A DNA stretch of 64,000 nt from Eledone cirrhosa (lineage: Eukaryota). Below are positions 1-11,419 of this stretch, in pieces. A model generated the notes under the pieces. The model did not search any database. It had not been told where the DNA came from and saw nothing but the letters and a program-made list of their open reading frames with translations. A program made the position numbers and the translations under genes. Position 1 is the stretch's first letter. Every line of letters begins with the position of its first letter. The stretch is from assembly GCA_964016885.1 (NCBI GenBank), contig OZ024741.1, positions 22,382,001 through 22,446,000 of the forward strand, in the 5' to 3' direction.

Positions 1-42
1 TTACCATATTTCTAATGAAAGACACTAACTATGTCATTAACC

Positions 43-69
43 CTTTCATTACCATATTTCTAATGAAAG
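43..69. repeat. Representative intra-unit inverted repeat CTTTCATTA-N9-TAATGAAAG (recurs every 48 bp)
   Basis: 43-51 CTTTCATTA and 61-69 TAATGAAAG are exact reverse complements around the loop CCATATTTC (52-60). Confidence 0.95.
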
Positions 70-1745
70 ACACTACCTATGTCATTAACCCTTTCATTAC
101 CATATTTCTAATGAAAGACACTGTCTATGTCATTAACCCTTTCATTACCATATTTCTAATAAAAGACACTACCTATGTCATTAACCCTTTCATTACCATA
201 TTTATAATGAAAGACACTGTCTATTGCATTAACCCTTTCATTACCATATTTCTAATGAAAGACACTGCCTATGTCATTAACCCTTTCATTACCATATTTC
301 TAATGAAAGACACTGTCTATGTCATTAACCCTTTCATTACCATATTTATAATGAAAGACACTGCCTATGTCATTAACCCTTTCTTTACCATATGTCTAAT
401 GAAAGACACTGCCTATGTCATTAACCCTTTCATTACAATATTTCTAATGAAAGAGACTGTCTATGTCATTAACCCTTTCATTACCATATGTCTACTGAAA
501 GACACTGTCTATATCATTAACCCTTTCATTACCATATTTCTATTGAAAGACACTATCTATGTCATTAACCCTTTCGTTACCATATTTCTAATGAATGACA
601 CTAGCTATGTCATTAACCCTTTCATTACCATATTTCTAATGAAAGACACTACCTATGTCATTAACCCTTTCATTACCATATTTCTAATGAAAGACACTGT
701 CTATGTCATTAACCCTTTCATTACCATATTTCTAATGAAAGACACTGTCTATGTCATTAACCCTTTCATTACCATATTTCTAATGAAAGACACTATCTAT
801 GTCATTAACCCTTTCATTACCATATTTCTAATGAAAGACACTGTCTATGTCATTAACTCTTTCATTACCATATGTCTAATAACAGACACTGTCTATGTCA
901 TTAACCCTTTCAGTACCATATTTCTAATGAAAGACACTACCTATGTCATTAACCCTTTCATTACCATATTTCTAATGAAAGACACTACCTATGTCATTAA
1001 CCTTTCATTGCCATATTTCTAATGAAAGACACTACCTATGTCATTAACCCTTTCATTACCATATTTCAAATGAAAGACACTACCTATGTCATTAACCCTT
1101 TCATTACCATATTTCTAATGAAAGACACTGTCTATTGCATTAACCCTTTCATTACCATATTTCTAATGCAAGACACTACCTATGTCATTACCCCTTTGAT
1201 TACCATATTTCTAATGAAAGACACTGTCTATGTCATTAACCCTTTCATTACCATATTTCTAATGAAAGACACTGTCTATGTCATTAACGCTTTCATTACC
1301 ATATGTCTAATGAAAGACACTACATATGTTCTTAACCCTTTCATAACCATATTTCTAATGAAAGACACTACCTATGTCATTAACCCTTTCATTACCATAT
1401 TTCTAATGAAAGACACTGTCTATGTCATTAACCCTTTCATTACCATATTTCTAATGAAAGACACTACCTATGTCATTAAGCCTTTCATTACCATATTTAT
1501 AATGAAAGAGACTGTCTATGTCATTAACCCTTTCATTAACATATGTCTACTGAAAGACACTGTCTATGTCATTAACCCTTTCATTACCATATTTCTAATG
1601 AAAGACACTGTCTATTGCATTAACCCTTTCATTACCATATTTCTAATGAAAGACACTGTCTATGTCATTAACCCTTTCATTACCATATTTCTAATGAAAG
1701 ACACTGTCTATTGCATTAACCCTTTCATTACCATATTTCTAATGC

Positions 1746-4700
1746 AAGACACTACCTATGTCATTACCCCTTTCATTACCATATTTCTAATGAAAGACAC
1801 TGTCTATGTCATTAACCCTTTCATTACCATATTTCTAATGAAAGACATTGTCTATGTCATTAACCCTTTCATTACCATATTTCTAATGAAAGACACTACC
1901 TATGTCATTAACCCTTTCATTACCATATTTATAATGTAAGACACTGTCTATTGCATTAACCCTTTCATTACCATATTTCTAATGAAAGACACTGTTATAT
2001 CATTAACCCTTTCATTACCATATGTCTAATGAAAGACACTGCCTATGTCATTAACCCTTTCATTACAATATTTCTAATGAAAGAGACTGTCTATGTCATT
2101 AACCCTTTCATTACCATATGTCTACTGAAAGACAGTGTCTATGTCATTAACGCTTTCATTACTATATTTCTAATGAATGACACTAGCTATGTCATTAACC
2201 CTTTCATTACCATATTTCTAATGAAAGACACTACCTATGTCATTAACCCTTTCATTACCATATTTCTAATGAAAGACACTGTCTATGTCATTAACCCTTT
2301 CATTACCATATGTCTACTGAAAGACACTGTCTATATCATTAACCCTTTCATTACCATATTTCTATTGAAAGACACTATCTATGTCATTAACCCTTTCGTT
2401 ACCATATTTCTAATGAATGACACTAGCTATGTCATTAACCCTTTCATTACCATATTTCTAATGAAAGACACTACCTATGTCATTAACCCTTTCATTACCA
2501 TATTTCTAATGAAAGACACTGTCTATGTCATTAACCCTTTCATTACCATATTTCTAATGAAAGACACTGTCTATGTCATTAACCCTTTCATTACCATATT
2601 TCTAATGAAAGACACTATCTATGTCATTAACCCTTTCATTACCATATTTCTAATGAAAGACACTGTCTATGTCATTAACTCTTTCATTACCATATGTCTA
2701 ATAACAGACACTGTCTATGTCATTAACCCTTTCAGTACCATATTTCTAATGAAAGACACTACCTATGTCATTAACCCTTTCATTACCATATTTCTAATGA
2801 AAGACACTACCTATGTCATTAACCTTTCATTGCCATATTTCTAATGAAAGACACTACCTATGTCATTAACCCTTTCATTACCATATTTCAAATGAAAGAC
2901 ACTACCTATGTCATTAACCCTTTCATTACCATATTTCTAATGAAAGACACTGTCTATTGCATTAACCCTTTCATTACCATATTTCTAATGCAAGACACTA
3001 CCTATGTCATTACCCCTTTCATTACCATATTTCTAATGAAAGACACTGTCTATGTCATTAACCCTTTCATTACCATATTTCTAATGAAAGACACTGTCTA
3101 TGTCATTAACGCTTTCATTACCATATGTCTAATGAAAGACACTACATATGTTCTTAACCCTTTCATAACCATATTTCTAATGAAAGACACTACCTATGTC
3201 ATTAACCCTTTCATTACCATATTTCTAATGAAAGACACTGTCTATGTCATTAACCCTTTCATTACCATATTTCTAATGAAAGACACTACCTATGTCATTA
3301 AGCCTTTCATTACCATATTTATAATGAAAGAGACTGTCTATGTCATTAACCCTTTCATTAACATATGTCTACTGAAAGACACTGTCTATGTCATTAACCC
3401 TTTCATTACCATATTTCTAATGAAAGACACTGTCTATTGCATTAACCCTTTCATTACCATATTTCTAATGAAAGACACTGTCTATATCATTAACCCTTTC
3501 ATTACCATATGTCTAATGAAAGACACTGCCTATGTCATTAACCCTTTCATTACAATATTTCTAATGAAAGAGACTGTCTATGTCATTAACCCTTTCATTA
3601 CCATATGTCTACTGAAAGACACTGTCTATGTCATTAACCCTTTCATTACCATATTTCTAATGAAAGACACTGTCTATTGCATTAACCCTTTCATTACCAT
3701 ATTTCTAATGCAAGACACTACCTATGTCATTACCCCTTTCATTACCATATTTCTAATGAAAGACACTGTCTATGTCATTAACCCTTTCATTACCATATTT
3801 CTAATGAAAGACATTGTCTATGTCATTAACCCTTTCATTACCATATTTCTAATGAAAGACACTGTCTATTGCATTAACCCTTTCATTACCATATTTCTAA
3901 TGCAAGACACTACCTATGTCATTACCCCTTTCATTACCATATTTCTAATGAAAGACACTGTCTATGTCATTAACCCTTTCATTACCATATTTCTAATGAA
4001 AGACACTGTCTATGTCATTAACGCTTTCATTACCATATGTCTAATGAAAGACACTGCATATGTTCTTAACCCTTTCATAACCATATTTCTAATGAAAGAC
4101 ACTACCTATGTCATTAACCCTTTCATTACCATATTTCTAATGAAAGACACTGTCTATGTCATTAACCCTTTCATTACCATATTTCTAATGAAAGACACTA
4201 CCTATGTCATTAAGCCTTTCATTACCATATTTATAATGAAAGAGACTGTCTATGTCATTAACCCTTTCATTAACATATGTCTACTGAAAGACACTGTCTA
4301 TGTCATTAACCCTTTCATTACCATATTTCTAATGAAAGACACTGTCTATTGCATTAACCCTTTCATTACCATATTTCTAATGAAAGACACTGTCTATATC
4401 ATTAACCCTTTCATTACCATATGTCTAATGAAAGACACTGCCTATGTCATTAACCCTTTCATTACAATATTTCTAATGAAAGAGACTGTCTATGTCATTA
4501 ACCCTTTCATTACCATATGTCTACTGAAAGACACTGTCTATGTCATTAACCCTTTCATTACCATATTTCTAATGAAAGACACTGTCTATTGCATTAACCC
4601 TTTCATTACCATATTTCTAATGCAAGACACTACCTATGTCATTACCCCTTTCATTACCATATTTCTAATGAAAGACACTGTCTATGTCATTAACGCTTTC

Positions 4701-7700
4701 ATTACCATATTTCTAATGAAAGACACTGTCTATGTCATTAACCCTTTCATTACCATATGTCTAATGAAAGACACTACATATGTTCTTAACCCTTTCATTA
4801 CCATATTTCTAATGAAAGACACTACCTATGTCATTAACCCTTTCATTACCATATTTCTAATGAAAGACACTGTCTATGTCATTAACCCTTTCATTACCAT
4901 ATTTCTAATGAAAGACACTACATATGTTCTTAACCCTTTCATTACCATATTTCTAATGAAAGACACTACCTATGTCATTAACCCTTTCATTACAATATTT
5001 CTAATGAAAGACACTTTCTATGTCATTAACCCTTTCATTACCATATTTCTAATGAAAGACACTACCTATGTCATTACCCCTTTCATTACCATATTTCTAA
5101 TGAAAGACACTGTCTATGTCATTAACCCTTTCATTACCATATTTCTAATGAAAGACATTGTCTATGTCATTAACCCTTTCATTACCATATTTCTAATGAA
5201 AGACACTACCTATGTCATTAACCCTTTCATTACCATATTTATAATGTAAGACACTGTCTATTGCATTAACCCTTTCATTACCATATTTCTAATGAAAGAC
5301 ACTGTTATATCATTAACCCTTTCATTACCATATGTCTAATGAAAGACACTGCCTATGTCATTAACCCTTTCATTACAATATTTCTAATGAAAGAGACTGT
5401 CTATGTCATTAACCCTTTCATTACCATATGTCTACTGAAAGACAGTGTCTATGTCATTAACGCTTTCATTACTATATTTCTAATGAATGACACTAGCTAT
5501 GTCATTAACCCTTTCATTACCATATTTCTAATGAAAGACACTACCTATGTCATTAACCCTTTCATTACCATATTTCTAATGAAAGACACTGTCTATGTCA
5601 TTAACCCTTTCATTACCATATGTCTACTGAAAGACACTGTCTATATCATTAACCCTTTCATTACCATATTTCTATTGAAAGACACTATCTATGTCATTAA
5701 CCCTTTCGTTACCATATTTCTAATGAATGACACTAGCTATGTCATTAACCCTTTCATTACCATATTTCTAATGAAAGACACTACCTATGTCATTAACCCT
5801 TTCATTACCATATTTCTAATGAAAGACACTGTCTATGTCATTAACCCTTTCATTACCATATTTCTAATGAAAGACACTGTCTATGTCATTAACCCTTTCA
5901 TTACCATATTTCTAATGAAAGACACTATCTATGTCATTAACCCTTTCATTACCATATTTCTAATGAAAGACACTGTCTATGTCATTAACTCTTTCATTAC
6001 CATATGTCTAATAACAGACACTGTCTATGTCATTAACCCTTTCAGTACCATATTTCTAATGAAAGACACTACCTATGTCATTAACCCTTTCATTACCATA
6101 TTTCTAATGAAAGACACTACCTATGTCATTAACCTTTCATTGCCATATTTCTAATGAAAGACACTACCTATGTCATTAACCCTTTCATTACCATATTTCA
6201 AATGAAAGACACTACCTATGTCATTAACCCTTTCATTACCATATTTCTAATGAAAGACACTGTCTATTGCATTAACCCTTTCATTACCATATTTCTAATG
6301 CAAGACACTACCTATGTCATTACCCCTTTCATTACCATATTTCTAATGAAAGACACTGTCTATGTCATTAACCCTTTCATTACCATATTTCTAATGAAAG
6401 ACACTGTCTATGTCATTAACGCTTTCATTACCATATGTCTAATGAAAGACACTACATATGTTCTTAACCCTTTCATAACCATATTTCTAATGAAAGACAC
6501 TACCTATGTCATTAACCCTTTCATTACCATATTTCTAATGAAAGACACTGTCTATGTCATTAACCCTTTCATTACCATATTTCTAATGAAAGACACTACC
6601 TATGTCATTAAGCCTTTCATTACCATATTTATAATGAAAGAGACTGTCTATGTCATTAACCCTTTCATTAACATATGTCTACTGAAAGACACTGTCTATG
6701 TCATTAACCCTTTCATTACCATATTTCTAATGAAAGACACTGTCTATTGCATTAACCCTTTCATTACCATATTTCTAATGAAAGACACTGTCTATATCAT
6801 TAACCCTTTCATTACCATATGTCTAATGAAAGACACTGCCTATGTCATTAACCCTTTCATTACAATATTTCTAATGAAAGAGACTGTCTATGTCATTAAC
6901 CCTTTCATTACCATATGTCTACTGAAAGACACTGTCTATGTCATTAACCCTTTCATTACCATATTTCTAATGAAAGACACTGTCTATTGCATTAACCCTT
7001 TCATTACCATATTTCTAATGCAAGACACTACCTATGTCATTACCCCTTTCATTACCATATTTCTAATGAAAGACACTGTCTATGTCATTAACCCTTTCAT
7101 TACCATATTTCTAATGAAAGACATTGTCTATGTCATTAACCCTTTCATTACCATATTTCTAATGAAAGACACTGTCTATTGCATTAACCCTTTCATTACC
7201 ATATTTCTAATGCAAGACACTACCTATGTCATTACCCCTTTCATTACCATATTTCTAATGAAAGACACTGTCTATGTCATTAACCCTTTCATTACCATAT
7301 TTCTAATGAAAGACACTGTCTATGTCATTAACGCTTTCATTACCATATGTCTAATGAAAGACACTGCATATGTTCTTAACCCTTTCATAACCATATTTCT
7401 AATGAAAGACACTACCTATGTCATTAACCCTTTCATTACCATATTTCTAATGAAAGACACTGTCTATGTCATTAACCCTTTCATTACCATATTTCTAATG
7501 AAAGACACTACCTATGTCATTAAGCCTTTCATTACCATATTTATAATGAAAGAGACTGTCTATGTCATTAACCCTTTCATTAACATATGTCTACTGAAAG
7601 ACACTGTCTATGTCATTAACCCTTTCATTACCATATTTCTAATGAAAGACACTGTCTATTGCATTAACCCTTTCATTACCATATTTCTAATGAAAGACAC

Positions 7701-8231
7701 TGTCTATATCATTAACCCTTTCATTACCATATGTCTAATGAAAGACACTGCCTATGTCATTAACCCTTTCATTACAATATTTCTAATGAAAGAGACTGTC
7801 TATGTCATTAACCCTTTCATTACCATATGTCTACTGAAAGACACTGTCTATGTCATTAACCCTTTCATTACCATATTTCTAATGAAAGACACTGTCTATT
7901 GCATTAACCCTTTCATTACCATATTTCTAATGCAAGACACTACCTATGTCATTACCCCTTTCATTACCATATTTCTAATGAAAGACACTGTCTATGTCAT
8001 TAACGCTTTCATTACCATATTTCTAATGAAAGACACTGTCTATGTCATTAACCCTTTCATTACCATATGTCTAATGAAAGACACTACATATGTTCTTAAC
8101 CCTTTCATTACCATATTTCTAATGAAAGACACTACCTATGTCATTAACCCTTTCATTACCATATTTCTAATGAAAGACACTGTCTATGTCATTAACCCTT
8201 TCATTACCATATTTCTAATGAAAGACACTAC
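1746..8231. repeat. Near-tandem block duplication, offset 3310 bp (69 monomers)
   Basis: ORF landmarks 1939/5249, 2029/5339 and 2844/6154 are all 3310 apart. The private variant ACTATATTTC occurs at 2161 and 5471. Each copy contains an internal 912-bp (19-monomer) repeat (AAG marker at 3302 and 4214). Confidence 0.9.
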
Positions 8232-11200
8232 CTATGTCATTAACCCTTTCATTACAATATTTCTAATGAAAGACACTTTCTATGTCATTAACCCTTTCAT
8301 TACCATATTTCTAACGAAAGACACTGTCTATGTCATAAACTCTTTCATTACCATGTCTAGTGAAAGACACTACCTATGTCATTAACCCTTTGATTACCAT
8401 ATTTCTAATGAAAGACATTACCTATGTCATTAACCCTTTCATTACCATATTTCTAATGAAAGACACTGTCTATGTCATTAACCCTTTCATTACCATATGT
8501 CTAATGAAAGACACTACCTATGTCATTAACCCTTTCATTACCATATTTCTAATGAAAGACACTACCTATGTCATTAACCCTTTCATTACCATATTTCTAA
8601 TGAAAGACACTGTCTATGTCATTAACCCTTTCATTACCATATTTCTAATGAAAGACACTATCTATGTCATTAACCCTTTCATTACCATATTTCTAATGAA
8701 AGACACTACCTATGTCATTAACCCTTTCATTACCATATTTCTAATGAAAGACACTACCTATGTCATTAACCCTTTCATTACCATATTTCTAATGAAAGAC
8801 ACTGTCTATGTCATTAACCCTTTCATTACCATATTTCTAATGAAAGACACTGTCTATGTCATTAACCCTTTCATTACAATATTTCTAATGAAAGAGACTG
8901 TCTATGTCATTAACCCTTTCATTACCATATGTCTACTGAAAGACACTGTCTATGTCATTAACCCTTTCATTACCATATTTCTAATGAAAGACACTGTCTA
9001 TGTCATTAACCCTTTCAGTACCATATTTCTAATGAAAGACACTACCTATGTCATTAACCCTTTCATTACCATATTTCGAATGAAAGATACTACCTATGTC
9101 ATTAACCCTTTCATTACCATATATCTAATGAAAGACACTGTCTATGTCATTAACCCTTTCATTACCATATGTCTACTGAAAGACACTGTCTATGTCATTA
9201 ACCCTTTCATTACCAGATGTCTCATGAAAGACACTGTGTATGTCATTAACCCTTTCATTACCATATTTCTAATGAAAGACACTGTCTATTGCATTAACCC
9301 TTTCATTACCATATTTCTAATGCAAGACACTACCTATGTCATTACCCCTTTCATTACCATATTTCTAATGAAAGACACTGTCTATGTCATTAACCCTTTC
9401 ATTACCATATTTCTAATGAAAGACACTGTCTATGTCATTAACGCTTTCATTACCATATGTCTAATGAAAGACACTACATATGTTCTTAACCCTTTCATAA
9501 CCATATTTCTAATGAAAGACACTACCTATGTCATTAACCCTTTCATTACCATATTTCTAATGAAAGACACTGTCTATGTCATTAACCCTTTCATTACCAT
9601 ATTTCTAATGAAAGACACTACCTATGTCATTAAGCCTTTCATTACCATATTTATAATGAAAGAGACTGTCTATGTCATTAACCCTTTCATTAACATATGT
9701 CTACTGAAAGACACTGTCTATGTCATTAACCCTTTCATTACCATATTTCTAATGAAAGACACTGTCTATTGCATTAACCCTTTCATTACCATATTTCTAA
9801 TGAAAGACACTGTCTATATCATTAACCCTTTCATTACCATATGTCTAATGAAAGACACTGCCTATGTCATTAACCCTTTCATTACAATATTTCTAATGAA
9901 AGAGACTGTCTATGTCATTAACCCTTTCATTACCATATGTCTACTGAAAGACACTGTCTATGTCATTAACCCTTTCATTACCATATTTCTAATGAAAGAC
10001 ACTGTCTATTGCATTAACCCTTTCATTACCATATTTCTAATGCAAGACACTACCTATGTCATTACCCCTTTCATTACCATATTTCTAATGAAAGACACTG
10101 TCTATGTCATTAACGCTTTCATTACCATATTTCTAATGAAAGACACTGTCTATGTCATTAACCCTTTCATTACCATATGTCTAATGAAAGACACTACATA
10201 TGTTCTTAACCCTTTCATTACCATATTTCTAATGAAAGACACTACCTATGTCATTAACCCTTTCATTACCATATTTCTAATGAAAGACACTGTCTATGTC
10301 ATTAACCCTTTCATTACCATATTTCTAATGAAAGACACTACCTATGTCATTAACCCTTTCATTACAATATTTCTAATGAAAGACACTTTCTATGTCATTA
10401 ACCCTTTCATTACCATATTTCTAACGAAAGACACTGTCTATGTCATAAACTCTTTCATTACCATGTCTAGTGAAAGACACTACCTATGTCATTAACCCTT
10501 TGATTACCATATTTCTAATGAAAGACATTACCTATGTCATTAACCCTTTCATTACCATATTTCTAATGAAAGACACTGTCTATGTCATTAACCCTTTCAT
10601 TACCATATGTCTAATGAAAGACACTACCTATGTCATTAACCCTTTCATTACCATATTTCTAATGAAAGACACTACCTATGTCATTAACCCTTTCATTACC
10701 ATATTTCTAATGAAAGACACTGTCTATGTCATTAACCCTTTCATTACCATATTTCTAATGAAAGACACTATCTATGTCATTAACCCTTTCATTACCATAT
10801 TTCTAATGAAAGACACTACCTATGTCATTAACCCTTTCATTACCATATTTCTAATGAAAGACACTACCTATGTCATTAACCCTTTCATTACCATATTTCT
10901 AATGAAAGACACTGTCTATGTCATTAACCCTTTCATTACAATATTTCTAATGAAAGAGACTGTCTATGTCATTAACCCTTTCATTACCATATGTCTACTG
11001 AAAGACACTGTCTATGTCATTAACCCTTTCATTACCATATTTCTAATGAAAGACACTGTCTATGTCATTAACCCTTTCAGTACCATATTTCTAATGAAAG
11101 ACACTACCTATGTCATTAACCCTTTCATTACCATATTTCGAATGAAAGATACTACCTATGTCATTAACCCTTTCATTACCATATATCTAATGAAAGACAC

Positions 11201-11350
11201 TGTCTATGTCATTAACCCTTTCATTACCATATGTCTACTGAAAGACACTGTCTATGTCATTAACCCTTTCATTACCAGATGTCTCATGAAAGACACTGTG
11301 TATGTCATTAACCCTTTCATTACCATATTTCTAATGAAAGACACTGTCTA
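7600..11350. repeat. Repeated block, offset 2110 bp (44 monomers), marked by a 46-bp CCATGTCTAGTG monomer
   Basis: The 2-bp deletion junction is at ~8351-8362 and ~10461-10472, with the same flanking variant series (TTC, ACG, ATAAACTCT, TTGATT, GACATTACC). The copies differ by one monomer downstream. A third copy of the junction is at ~14346-14357. The outer limits are approximate. Confidence 0.8.
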
Positions 11351-11419
11351 TGTCATTAACCCTTTCATTACCATATTTCTAATGAAAGACACTGCCTATG
11401 TCATTAACCCTTTCATTAC

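Noticed and set aside
38-44. Telomeric repeat (TAACCCT / AGGGTTA)
   Set aside because: Only one hexamer-equivalent occurs per 48 bp and never in tandem, so this is not a telomere tract. Single GGG runs 48 nt apart are not a credible G-quadruplex.
43-69. Rho-independent terminator
   Set aside because: The stem is AT-rich, there is no U-tract and there is no gene context.
60-110. Satellite-encoded hammerhead ribozyme (CTAATGA and GAAA resemble the CUGANGA and GAAA core)
   Set aside because: The invariant CUGA is absent on both strands of the consensus, and CTAATGA overlaps the GAAA instead of flanking a stem II. The CTGAAAG variant also does not give CUGANGA. An Rfam/Infernal scan of a trimer would settle it.
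8360-8385. Distinct ORF C-termini (SSERHYLCH, LSLPYF, ISLTLSLPYV) as functional tails
   Set aside because: They are simply the alternative-frame readings of the same monomer after 1-2 bp deletions.
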